Positions 41,457 to 54,465 of a DNA stretch of 64,000 nt are shown piece by piece (the stretch's first letter is position 1; each line of letters begins with the position of its first letter). The notes below the pieces were generated by a model. The model saw only the letters and a list, made by a program, of their open reading frames with translations. It had not been told where the DNA came from and searched no databases. The stretch comes from Takakia lepidozioides (taxonomy: Eukaryota > Plantae > Bryophyta). The position numbers and the translations under genes are program-made. The stretch lies in contig CM060733.1 in NCBI GenBank assembly GCA_030704615.1, forward strand, positions 39,742,001-39,806,000. Reading direction: 5' to 3'.

Positions 41457-44400
41457 CTGGACATGACAAGGGAGGAGAAATCTTGTGTTTGACATAAATG
41501 GGTCGATCATAACATATTTTAGGTGGGCCTTGACACATGGTCATCAGTATATGCATCCGATTTTCTTGCTCTTCTTCTTCCTTAAGAGCCTCTTCCACCT
41601 CTTCTAGTAACAACATTCTCTGTAAGTAAAATACGACTTTATTTAAAAAAATCAGTACATGTCAGTGGATAAATACAGTCAAGTTCATACAAACAAAAAA
41701 TGAGTTTAAGTAACGACAATGCCAAATTAATACACATGCGAAAAAGTATATGTTAGTTCTTTGCCTCATTCTTAGTGCACATCAAAGGGAAACTTAGATA
41801 CTTACATTACACTTACTTGTTTGTTCAAAGCCTTTGTTGTCGCGGCTTGCCCTCGTTCAATCTTGAGCATGTTATTGATTCTTTCTAATTCAATTTTATG
41901 TGCTCTTGTTGATACCAAGCTTTCTCGTTGTGCATCAGCAGCTTGCCAAGCGTCCATTTCTTTTTCAATGGGTTGGTTGACTACTCTGGATGAAGGTTTA
42001 TTTGTGTGATCTTGCATTGCACAAAAGCGCAAGTGTAGATATGTATCTTTATAATCCATAGGAAAGCTGGAGAGTCGGGCATAGAAAAAATTAAGAGTGA
42101 AGTTTTGGCTTGTTGGAGAAAACACCGTTTGACAACACCCTAAACATACAAACAAACAAACATTTATTAATTAAATTTAAAAATAAGCATGATCTTGTCT
42201 TTGTTGACTCGAATTTTAAAAACAATAAAATGTGTATAACAAAATTTTAAGTATCCTGTATTTCATGTAGTTTTTGTGGTGAAAGACATACGAGTATTAT
42301 AAACAACAACAACAACAACAACTTATAAAGATGTAGTATAATATAAGAGGTAAAATAAAAGGTAATATATATTGCATAGAAGAATTTCTATAAAATTTTG
42401 GCTAGAAGTACCTGCATATTTTTCTTGTAAATTTGGTTTGACGTCATGAGAGTGGAGACGAGCAAGGCTCCTTTCAATAATGGATTCCTTCTCTGCTATC
42501 TTTCTCCAGTTCCTAGAAGCTCTCATCTGCTCCTCTCTCTTCTTTCTACACACGCGCTCCTTCGCAATTGTTTTGGGCAGTATGGATAATATATTCATCA
42601 ACTAGTGTACATTTATACTATTGTGTATCTAATAGATGGACAATAACATAATTTATTTTATCTCATAAACCCTTCAAAAATATTTCATTACCAAATTATT
42701 CAACTGACACTTAAACATGTTATAGAAGTCGATGTTGTTGTAAATAAAAATAAAATTATCATATCTCTTAAAATGAACTAAGAATGATTTTTGCTATATA
42801 TATTAGTGACAATCTTGTATAGTTGGATCAATACATTATTGTTTTAATTTTCAAATATATTTATGAATAAAATCTTATAAGGATGTTTGATAACAATCTG
42901 TATAATTGACTATTTATGTGATTTCTTCCATGGTCCCGGACTATTATATTGACAAATTATGTATAGATTATATAGAGACTCGGAGACTTGGATCTGGAAC
43001 TTTATAAGCTAAATATTGGAATCTAAGGAATATGTGAAATATTGAATGATTAATTTTTAAGCATATTAGAGACTTAAAAAAAGAAACCTTACATCCGTGT
43101 CTCAGACACATTATATTGAAGAGTATTTGAAGCTTTCGGTTGAAGCTTTCGATTCCAAACTTATTTAGAGTGTGCCACCAGGTACTATACTAATGGAGTT
43201 GGAACTTAGCAAAAAGTTTTTTTAGTTATATTTATTGTCATTAATATTATATGGTTTCAGGCAGCAAAAGATGAATTGTTGGCAAGGCAAGCAGAAGAGA
43301 GTCGTTTTTGGGATAATATTCGGTTTGAAGAAGCAATACAGAAGGTATAAGGTCTATACATAACTTGAGCTATCAAATTTAATTGAAAAGAAATCCACTT
43401 CAATCTCTTATAGTTAAAGGCTTGTATTTTCCATATACATCCATCTGTGTCACATCCAGCTCCTTCTCCGCCAATTTGATAAGTTACTTTTGTAGTTTTC
43501 AATTTTTTAAGGCGGAGATGGAGGGTGGGGTTTCGTAATGCTAAACCCACCTGTACATCTAAGCCAATTGGCACTGTCTAAAGCTTCTAATTAGATACAA
43601 ACCACATTATTGAGATAATAATAAAACAATTTACATAGCAAAATTCAATCCAACAACCCTTTTGCTCTAAGTTAAAATTAACTTTGACAAGTCACATAAT
43701 TTTGAATGATATTACGATAGAATGTTTGTGTGTATATATAATCAACCGCTACTCCGCAATTCTTTATAAAATGAATAAGATTCTACATATGCTACTTAGT
43801 TCTGCTCAAAATTTTGACATAGAATCAACCTATAGTTCAATATACTGCACAACAAAAGAAAATCATAATACTGGATGCTTATATTGTATCACTTAATTAT
43901 ATAAATTACTTGTACAAATGTTTGTGGATTACTGACTGACCATGCTAACTAAATATAAATGACATCCTGCATTTACAAACAAAAAGAAATAACTCTCTTA
44001 CTTTTGCTCTCTAGTTTTCTCTCTCAATGAGTCAAAGAATTTAGAATGTTATATTAAGTATGTTGTATAGGATGAATGAAAATTACACCTTGTTGCATTG
44101 AACTAGCAAGGCTGCATCATGACTAAGCCCAATACTATGACATGCACTCACAAACTCTTCTTCTAAACTCACAATACGCTCCCGTTGATCCTCTCTCCAC
44201 ACCTCCTGCATTTTTCACAAATAATTATGATAACTGTCTTGTACAATATACCTGCCTGTACTCATTGTAGGAAACACTAGTGTATTCAAACAAAAAGTTA
44301 TATATAAATAAATAATAACAACTAAGTTGATAGGATGCAATTTAAAAAAAAAATTGAATGATGATAATGAAAAACAAATGACAAACGAATAATTATGACT

Positions 44401-45597
44401 ACACACTTTACATCATTTTTATTTAAATTAAGCTGGAGAACTAACAAAGTTACCTTTAGAACATTTGTGAAGATGTTAATGTTAAAATTCAGAAGAGATA
44501 CCTTTAGATGATTTAATAGCTTTTGTTTGTCTTCTATTTTGCGATCCCGGAATTCGTCCACACATTGGGATGCAAATAACATCTCTTGGGCTCGGACCTA
44601 ATCCAATCCTCGAGGCATTTTGAATGAACTAATATTCACAACAGCTAAAAAAATGGATTATTTTAGTTTTTATAGAAAGGAAACCTGGGGGTCAGCAATA
44701 GCTCACAATTCAGGCCCTCTTTACAGAGTGGGGGGGAATATTTAACCCCTTTTCATATAAGCCATGAAGCGGTAGTATTTGTTATTAGTTTTAAAGGAAT
44801 TTCCCGGAGCAACCTCTTCACAAATTAGGTCCTTAATTATAGTGAGAGAAGAATATAACCCATCAAGCCGCGAGCACAAGGCTCATATATGGGACACCGC
44901 CCAAGGGAAGGGGGATAGATAATACCGCACCAACGTAGTAGCAGGATTCGCACCCAGAATAAACCCGGGTGGCACTCAGTGCTCTATCCAAGTGAGCTAC
45001 CAGACTATATAGTAGTGGGAGTAGTACTTGTTAATAAATCTAATAGAGTTCAGATGATTACACCACTTAATCAAATTCTAATCATATTGTTATGGTAGCT
45101 AGAAGTTTGACTCATGTTCATAAGTCTGAATTATCTGAAATTTTACCATGAGAATATAGCTATGATATTATATTGCAGTGGTAGAGAAGAGAGACACCTG
45201 TAAGATTCGGTTGGTTCGCAATTTCTCTTTATATTGATGTGAAAACTTCAACTCCTCATCTGTGCTCATGGGATATGTCCCTTTTGCTCCTTTCTATATT
45301 CAGCAACTAAATATTAGATACCAAAGATTGAAACTGAAGATAAAAAGAATGACGATTGTTTCTGGAACAATCTAGCAATACAACAATGAAATGAAAAAGT
45401 GTTACATTTATATTGTAAATTAAAATTATGCATAAAATAAAAATAATTTGCAAGTATAGGAATGAAAGTATTACCTTCAAATATGAAGCATGAATATGGG
45501 CCGGTAAAGCTTGAGTGTCAAGAACTTTTTGTTGTAAAAATCTTTGTCGTTTTTCCCGTTGTTGTGCTTGAAACTTGGAGATCATTGTCATTGTCAT
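41457..45597 (-). CDS. CEP295/Ana1-like centriolar coiled-coil protein; exons 45597-45475, 45293-45198, 44597-44502, 44205-44089, [inverted 43261-43344], 42559-42412, 42010-41817, 41619-41457; 3' end unresolved
   Basis: Spliced peptide MSTDEELKF..LRTNRILQVRAQE..LKEVWREDQRERIVSLEEEF..SIGLSHDAA ... DAWQAADAQR..ERGQAA aligns by eye to the CEP295 N-terminus (LSPNEE..RLLQVREQE..W..GEGHRQA..DARLAAEEE..RGFQA). All splice phases are compatible. Confidence 0.75.
43261..43344 (+). other. 84-nt exon (AAKDELLARQAEESRFWDNIRFEEAIQK) antisense to its host CEP295-like gene
   Basis: tttcag|GCAGCA...CAGAAG|gtataa, phase 0/0. The peptide fills the gap matching CEP295 DALAQRAAERKRKADLRHKEALK. Confidence 0.65.
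44670..45005 (-). mobile_element. tRNA-derived SINE in a CEP295-like intron
   Basis: Minus-strand A box TGGTAGCTCACTTGG (44988-45002) and B box GGTGCGAATCC (44944-44954). Body segments are related to sequences near 38370-38450 and 47070-47100. Confidence 0.65.
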
Positions 45598-48500
45598 TGT
45601 CGACCTTGTATTTAGTTTGAAGTATGAATTATTTTTTGACTACGATGCCTTCTGGAGTGATGGTTTGGTCTTTTGTATTATGACTCCTGGGATTCCATGT
45701 TTCCAGTTTCTTATTTTAATATCCCTCTTTTGGCCCCTTCCACTGTTGTAAGAAAATTTGATTTTAACGGCTAAATAAATCAGACCTTTGTATCACCTTA
45801 GCTCAATGTCCCTTCAACACATCCTGTTTTATCTGTTGGTAGCCTTCTCAAATGAATATCATTGTTTTGTCCTGAGAGATATATATATAACAATGTTAAA
45901 AATAAGTAATTCAATCACGAATGAGCTTTTCAAGTGACTTTTATATTATTAGTAATGTGAACTACTGTTTCGTCTTTTCTAGATCAATACTTAGTTGACA
46001 TAATACTTCTTCTCTAGTGGATTGTTCATTTACGTTTAAAGATGCGGCTTGTTCACTCATTTACACTTTTATTGGAGTTTCATTTGTGTCATCGGACATA
46101 CAATACCTCTTTGTAGTTGAGGATTGAATCCTTGCTCCTATCACCGTCATTGTTGTCAACCTCCAAAGCTTGTGTTCGAACCTCTCCTGCTGCACTGGCA
46201 ATTATTCCATTTATAACTCTCTACGTGAGCACATGTATTGGTTAATCAATCAAGTTGCAAGAAATCTTTTCTCTCCTTCTTAATCAATCTTTATCTCGAT
46301 GTGTTGTAATGAGTATTTGTCATGCTCTCCCTCTCTCTCTCTCTCTCTCTCAGAAAAAGTTTCTTCTTTTCAAGCACTGAATATAATTCTCCAGTTTTTC
46401 AAATGTAGAGTGACCAACAAGTACTGGCAGTCTCAAAACCCTAGTAAGCTTAGCTTTGCCACGGTGTGTTGGACGTGCCATGTGCCACAAAGCAAAATAA
46501 AAGGTGGTTATGGTTGTTGTTATTGTTGTTGTGGGATCCTTAACAAATAGAGGATGTAAATGTATCTGCTCCTTCAAAGTGCTAATTAGAATGGGTTAGT
46601 TGTTTGCTAAAATCATCAAACAAAGCAGTTATAAAACTACAACCTAATTCCAGAGATAGCCAAGTAGGATATGGATTGGTTAATGGACAATCTCTTATAT
46701 AGCCACAGTTTAGCCACATTACCTGAACCAAATATGTATATAGGTCACTTCATATATATATATATATATATTGGATCGCACATAAATAGGCCCTGGGAAT
46801 TTTATTGGGATTATTCGAGTCATATTATTTTCAAATGTTGTTTTTAGCGAACAGGGGACAGTGGCCAAATGTTTGAAAGCTTAAATTATGAAATTCATAT
46901 ATGAGTGGAAATTAATAAGATTAATTTCGTCATGATTATATTGATCCATTCTGTTGTGTTTTAGTACTAAAACCTAAGCTGCGGCGAAGCCAGTGCTCTT
47001 TTATTCTATTTTATTTTAAATAACAGGGGATGGAGGCCCTGGAATTTTTTTTTAAAAAAAAAGAAAGAAATGGGGCTGTCGCTCCCAGGTTTCCTTTTTT
47101 TTTTAAAGAAAAAAAAAAGAAAAAAAAAAGCTGGGCTTAAAAAAGTTTTCAGAGGCCCGAGGCTTCAAACCTACCTTTCCCCAATAAAAAAGTGGGAAGA
47201 AATTCATGTACATTACGTAGGATAAGATAAAGATAAAGTTTCTTTAACGTCCAGTGAATTTACTGAGCCTACTGCTCAACACACAGGCCATCGAGGGCCC
47301 AATGGACGGTCTGAAGGCACATGTTGAAGGATTGAACCCAGTATCACCCAGGTTACAAAGTATAGCAGCAGTCCAGTGACGGAAGGAATACAGTAGACCG
47401 CACGGCAGACGTAGACTGACGGCGGTCAAGGCCCCACCAACGGAGCCCCTGACCTCATGCCACCAACGGCCGTCAGCAACGCTTCAGCGTCAGCGTCTGG
47501 TGGGCCTGAGTGCGGATTGCCATACGACGACCGGCTGCGTCCTGCCGTCACAGAAAAGCTGCCCCCCCAACTTGTCCGACTGCGGATCTGCCATTATCCG
47601 GCACCCTGTCCGTATCTCAGATCGCCTGACGCCACGTGGCCACAAACTAACCCCAAATTCGAGGTCCTGATATCTCCGCGATACTTTGGGATCGCGGCTG
47701 TTCCCACCGAGCCTGAGAGCTGATTATATTTCATCCATCTAGACTTTCATCCATTTCGTGGCAATCTTGTTTTGTGGGTTCAATCAAATCTTTCTTATGG
47801 GACTTGTTTGTAGACTTTATTACAAGAAAAGTGGTGCGAAGGTTGTTTGTTGTTGGGTATATTAGAGGGTCCACAATCTGACTAACTTCACATGTGAGGC
47901 ACATGAGTGACATTCCGACCAATATTTTAGACTAGTTGTGTTGGTATCCGTTGGATATTGGAGAGAGTGGGATCATTTGCGGGTACCCATCTTTACAAAT
48001 CTTGTGGAAAAGTGTTTCACGCGTACCCCATTCCGCACTTATAGGCCCAATGTTTAGCGGCCAAGGGAATGACAGACTATCGCAAACCTTAGCCACGTTA
48101 GTTACAATATGTAAGATGCCCAGATGTCTTAAACCCTCAGGATTTGAATATTTGAGAACATACTGGACTTGACCTATCTTAAAAATTCGGCTGGGAAATT
48201 CTGCCAATGCCCGGTGCAAAAGCTGGATTGTGTTTGATGGGGCAAAAATGTGGAATAGGTTTTCCGCAGAGGAAGGAATGTGGACTGTTGGAGTTATGGA
48301 TTCTCAGTCTATGGCTTAGTAAGAGGCCGGATATCAACTTTGTGAGAATGTACCGGTAGTGATGATATGATCCCCCATAGTGGGCACCGGCCTCACTCTT
48401 GAAGCCGCCCTAACACCATTCTTTAAATTCTTTATATTTTTGTCACCTCCAGTGTAGATTCTTGAATGTCAAAATAATTTTATTAAAGTCTCAATAAATT

Positions 48501-48869
48501 TCTAAGTCTCAGTTCCAGTCTAAGTTCCAGTTCTGTTAGATGCTTTCATCGAGCCAAGAGAATGATTCATCCATTCAGCTTCTCAAAACCGGCATGGCCT
48601 GATGAAGGGATATATGTAAAGTCCCTCGCATTTGGGTAGGATTCTTGTTGGATTTTTTTTATACAACCCTAATATAGACCTCAAGGAAGCGAGAGTAGGT
48701 AGTTACAATGAGTTAATGAAATATCTTTTGTGGGGTGCATTTTCACCCACATCTGCGGCCTTTACAGCCTGCCCGGACGTGTCTCTTTATGTTTGCCTTA
48801 ATTACCTCATCGGCCAACTCGCCACGTGTCCATTCCAAAGCACGAATTTGGCACCGGACCAGACGGGCA

Positions 48870-48911
48870 GTTTAGGTTAGGACAGGTTAGGTTAGGGCAG
48901 GTCAGGTTAGG
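48870..48911 (+). repeat. Short degenerate (GTTAG/GGCAG)n pentamer tract
   Basis: tttaggttaggacaggttaggttagggcaggtcaggttagg. Confidence 0.7.
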
Positions 48912-51519
48912 TGGAACACAAAGTGTGTGCATAGTGCGGTTTAATGTACTTGCCAGCACGTGCTCCCCTTCCCCATGTTCCGGTACTCTGATGCCCGGTG
49001 ACCGGTGAGCGGCCCTGCCAACTAACTACCGTCACACCCTCCCGGGTTTCGCCAGAGATGTATCCCGGATGAGATCTCGTTTATCATCCATCGTATAGAA
49101 ACCACTTCCTGCGATCTAGATTTGGGGTTGCGAATAAGTTAAGCCACCTTTTTCATTTAACTGTGGCGGCTGCCACCCTCGTCAACCTTGTACCATTTAC
49201 TGATTTTGTGCCATTTTATCATTTAATTCATTACCCACCTGTCCCCCTATCCACACAGGCTGAGTCCACACACTTCAATATTTTTCGAGAAACAATTTTT
49301 ATTTGTTTTTGCCTATAATCTACCAATCACGTACCCGTATGTCAGGTTTAACCCAAAGTAAAGTAAGAGAGTCCTTTTACCGCGCAGAACGTACATACGG
49401 TACATACGTACGAGTGAGGTGCGGGAGGTGAGTAGTAAGTCAGAAGTTACTAGTCATCCACCCGCACCCAGTACGGACGATCGATATAAACAATTAAGAG
49501 GCCTTGTAGGTAGTACGTGCTGCGCTCCTTTATGGCGATACTCTGGCGAAACCAGGCGGCGGCGATGTCGGAGCGGCCGCAGTACCGCCGGCGTGCGACG
49601 AGGCCACGTCGGCGACAGCCGAGAAGATACGCGAGGCGCGGCCGGAATAATAAATGCGCTGGAGTCGGAATCGCGATACCAAATTTGGCGCGCGTGGCAG
49701 AGTTTAAGTTGTCGCTACACAGTTCGAGGCGCCCGTGGCTCCCACACGTGTAGTCAAACACGTTAGTAATCGGAGCCGCGATTGTATATGTGTTTGTTTT
49801 GGTGCGGAGGTCGGATGATGAGAGTGTGAGTCCCACAAGCGCGGGACTTTTGCAGAAGCTTCTTTCAACGAGTCTACAGCAAGTCTGGTTTGTCGACTAG
49901 ATTTCTATTTGGCCGCAATTCCAAGGAATACTATAAGCGTGTAGATTGATTGACTTCGGGAACCCATGTTGCAAGTGACCGTGTTTGATGAAGACTCGTA
50001 TGGCGAGCAGCGGGTATGATCACGATTCACACCGAGGTCGCAAGGATCGAGGTATTGATGATGCTGGCAAGCGAGTTGGAGCACCCAAGCTCCTGGGAGT
50101 GTGGAGTGTGCCCCATCCTTGAAGCTTCTTCCATGGAGTTGCTGCGATTGGCTTTCCGAACTCGGTCCGAAGTCCGAACTACCCAGTTTGCAAGTCCGTA
50201 CATTGAGTTAATGCAAAGCTAAGTTTGATCCCAATCTTTGACGTGAACAAACTTGAAAGGCAGGCTATCCAAGGCCATGAGGCTCAATCTCTTGCAGAGT
50301 TGCAGTGTGCTGAATGATTTTTGAAAACCCGTCTTCCAAGAAGAAAGTCTTTGGAAACCAAATTCCATATCTGCAACTCTGCTCCAACCAACGGGGAGAA
50401 CCGGCAGCTAGTTACATGCTAGCCGACTGATTCCGAGGATTTCCGAGTGAAAATTGAAACCTTCGGAAATTTACCGAGTATGTTCACATAGGAAATTGAC
50501 TATTGCAGTTACCATTAAGGGGAAGCAACCGACTCCCCAACCCACTTAAGCCGGTTGGTTCTCAGAATGAGGGGCCATTGGCTGGTTCAACTGAAATTAT
50601 ATCCCGGACGCTGCGAGTCTGCTCTGACAAAGTCACAAAATTGGTGTGGGTGGTAGGTGACTGGCAAGTTTGGAGATTGGAATGTGGCAGAGCAGGTATC
50701 TGGCTCTTGATGCTGATACGAACCCCGAGACAAACTGGAACAGTACCTTATTATACTGACAGTCAACACATAGGTAGCATCATACATTAAATCTACTGCA
50801 AGTACAGAGCTGTACGCTCTCATCCCCAATGAGAATAACACTCTTTATACTCCACCAAGACCTCTGTAGCAAGCTAGTATGTAGGTAGGCCTGGCCTAAC
50901 ATTCACCAACTACGCTACTTGGCCTAACCTTATAGCTAAAGCCTGATCCTGACTCGTGGGTTTTGCTCGGAGCAAACTTCAAACGCCCAGGAGCTTTCAT
51001 GTCTTTAAGTGTGTGTGTACTGTCGTGAAGGAGGGCGGCCTCACACGTGACGTAAGGGAGCCAGCATTCAACACCCTTCATTCCTCTCTTCATTATTTAC
51101 TGCTCTTACACAGGCAGCAGGCTTTTCCGGAAGGGCTGGGATGTGATAAGAGCCTGCCCTGTCTGTCCATATCGGGACTTTCATCGGTGGCTGTTAAGCA
51201 TCGACCACATATGTTAGACATAGATCAGTATTCAGACCAACAGAAACCCCATAATGCTTGAGGACGCCGCCATTTGGCTTTCTGACCTTCCCATCTGTAG
51301 GATGCCAGCTAGAGAAGGCCAGGTCGCTCAACTCAAAAGAGCCGGGCCACTTGGTAAAGAAACTGGGGCATGCTCTGAAAGGATGACATACTTATCAGAG
51401 TTCATACAGGAATCGTCAGAAAGGCGATCCAAGCCTTGTCTCTTTTTTTTCGTTTTTTTTTCTCTGCTAATCTCATTGTTGGGTTCATATGCTTGTATCC
51501 AATTTGAATACTGTAATTT

Positions 51520-51718
51520 TTTTTGGTTCCATAAAAACACATCCCCAGCAACTGGCCGCCTTGAGGGGGAAAGTGATATCACTTGTTATGTTAAGCTTCT
51601 ATATTTCATAATTTACATACATAAAGAATATGATACTATCTTGTCTTTATTTCAAATTTGAACCCCAGGCTAATCCCTCATGTCAAACCCAATTTCCCCA
51701 CCACTCAGCCAAATTCCT
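51520..51718 (-). mobile_element. Degenerate tRNA-derived SINE
   Basis: Minus-strand A box TGGCTGAGTGG, B box GGTTCAAAT and an A-rich tail near 51517-51525. Confidence 0.45.
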
Positions 51719-53304
51719 GTTGTGGTTGAAAGCTAACCCCCAGCACTAAGCAATGAAGGCATCTGTGTAAGCGTTGTCGGAGTTCGGGGACTCTGTTATC
51801 CGGGGTGGTCTAAAAGTATAAACTGGGCTTATGCTACATCAAAAAGGAAATTACTGGGGTACAGGAAGTGCAGCATGAATATGCCTGAATCCCGGAGCCA
51901 ACTATGAGGCCCATAAGATTACACTGGCGACAACGATGATCACAGACTCTCCACACATGCCCCGTGGGCAAAGAGGGAGAGGATGAAGTAGGCATAATGT
52001 GGAAATTCTGGGTGCCACTGGCCATGAAGTGGACAATAGAGCCTGCAACAAGTGACGTCAGGAAGACTGTTTGAAGACATTGGCACACAATACGTCCAGC
52101 CAAATCTCCTCATTCAAGAATGTGGAAGATAAATATGCTCTTCATACACATCCCAAATATTCAGGCCAAAAACTGTGACCACTATATCAACAGATAACTG
52201 AAGATGGGAAAGGATGCAAAAGAAAGATAGGCCTTACTTGAATGAGAGGTGTTGGCTCCATCCAGCTGGGTCATATCAGGTACATCGTGGTCATCATGGT
52301 CCGCTCCAGTTCAGAAAGTAATCCCTTGTGGCGCTTGGAAGATGATCAGTAGATTTATTGAAGAGATGCAAGACAAGAGGTCGTTACCTACAACAGCTTC
52401 CCAAGGGATGCTTGATTTGAAGTACTACAAAAACAGAGCTCATCCTGAACGCATAGGGGCCTGTTGTGAATCAAACTTGTGTCCTCAAAGGTCTTCTTAA
52501 GTCTATCATCCTTGCACATAGGGTTGGAACTCCATGTGTCATCAATTCAACCATTAAAAGATATTTGGGGGTTTGTCTAGAAAATAATCCCATCATTTAT
52601 AATGCCTCTAAAAAAAACAATAATTACCACTTTCTCCTCGATACACCTCCCTGACCTTTTTCTCAGAAGCCATTTACTAACCACACTGGCATGCATTCAC
52701 AAATGAGAGAAATGAAATGAAACTGGAACTTTATAACGTCCGGAGAAAGCTCGGACGAGAAAGCAGGATACAAGAAAGAGAGTGGAGCCCTTAACAAGCA
52801 GTCCAAAACCAAATTGGCTGTCTCGGAATAGGCAATAGGATCTCATAGTAGAGAGGACAGTGAAAGAAGAATTGTTCTTCGGGTGAAAGAATTTCAGCTT
52901 CATACCTTATAATATGATGTAGTTAGTGTATTCTTACTGAAGAGAGTTGTACCATGATCTACTGTGGATTTCTCTACGAACAGTTGGCAATATAGACTGG
53001 CGATGCTAGTTTAGCCTTCTTGATGCATACAAGTTAATACGATACTGACAGAGAATATCTACAAGCACATGAGAAATTTCAATCAACTCCATAGCCAACT
53101 TTGGCTCCATCAAGGATACAGCATACTGTGGAAATAAATACCAAAACGCTGGAAGAAAACAATTAAGGAAGAGACTAAGATTAAACATAGCATTGTGGAC
53201 TGACGAACCAGACACGGATTCTTGCAAATCCTCATCTCATCCCCGACAGAGAAGAAACTCTGCAGTTGGAACTAGGCTGAGACACTCCAGCAAAGTTTTA
53301 CTCA

Positions 53305-54465
53305 TACCTCAATTCGCAAGCCTCTGCCGGGTGGTTGCCACTTGTTCCCATTCAGTGTAGCGGTATGTTCACCTCTCTTCCACCATGTAGTTCCGGTTTA
53401 CCCATATAAGATATGCTACATAAGTTGCTTGCTACTGTCTAAAAATCCAGCTTACATACCTCCCAATCCAATTAGTATAATTCCAGCCACACCTTTTGTT
53501 AGATGAAGACACCATGTGCAAGAAATCATGCAAAAGTGAAGGAAAATCTACCTTTTCAAGCTGCTTGACAGCTTCACCATACTCTTTGTTTTGCAATAGG
53601 GACAAACCTTGGTTGATGGATTATGCTAGCGAAAAACCTTGACAGAGGTATTGTCCAGCTCCAATGCTCTCCTACAGTCAGGTTTAACACGTCCCCAGTC
53701 ACTGCACCAATGAAGCTACTTGTTTAACAATATTCATCCAAGTTTCTGACAGGTAGCCCAGTCAATAGACCACAATAGCCACCTTTAGATTCAAAGGTTG
53801 GAGCCTATACTATGTGGACCATCCAGCATGGGCAGGTGCACTGGATTAGCACATTTGATCTGTTGGTACTGTGAATCTCTCTGGGAAGGAACTGAGCCAA
53901 AATGCCCTAAGCGCACTGTAATTAGCTGCAAAAGTAGAGACAACCCGCTGCCAGCATCACACTTCTTCAAGTACATGCTAATCAGCGGAGCCACATTAGG
54001 TGTACAAGGCCTCCCTGGTTGTTCACATGATTCAACCTACCCTCAGGCTCCATATGCTTAGCACAATAATTGCCCCTTAGAAATATGTGCTGACGTAAAC
54101 AATCGTGCACTTCGTCATTGTAAGGGCAAGTGAGGTTTCATTCTCTCCCTTCTAAAATTACAACTCTCAGAACACGGCCAATAAGCTGCAGCAATTAGTG
54201 AGGCTGACATTTGCAGGTCAGACAGGCAGAGAAGATGGACCCCTGTTCAAAACTGTCATAAGGATTGGTCTCAGGCAACTTGGTAGAGGGCCTCTGACTG
54301 AAACGACACACTTAAGCAAATTGTGAAATGCTGAGATTGGAGGTGGAAGGAAACCTCAGTGTATGCTTCAATGGCAGCAGCCAGCTTTGTCCTTTTTGAA
54401 GTAAGAGTCGCCCTGGTCCTTCAACAGGTCTGCCTGCTTCGCGGCAGTGGCCACCTCTCCCGCCA
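53305..54465 (-). pseudogene. CHIP: CHIP (TPR/U-box E3 ligase) N-terminal relic
   Basis: AAKQADLLKDQGDSYFKKDK/AAAIEAYTE; DWGRVKPDCRRALELDNTSVK; LLQNKEYGEAVKQLEK; NYMVEE..YTEWEQ. Frameshifts and deletions; no U-box seen. Confidence 0.8.

Noticed and set aside
44940-45005. tRNA gene
   Set aside because: A and B boxes are present but there is no proper cloverleaf, and it is attached to a repeat body, so it is called a SINE.
47240-48860. TE-like or coding sequence
   Set aside because: No identifiable domain or terminal structure.
50000-50330. LRR-like fragment on the minus strand (LQLCKRLSLMALDSLP)
   Set aside because: Only a weak single-repeat resemblance, with stops.
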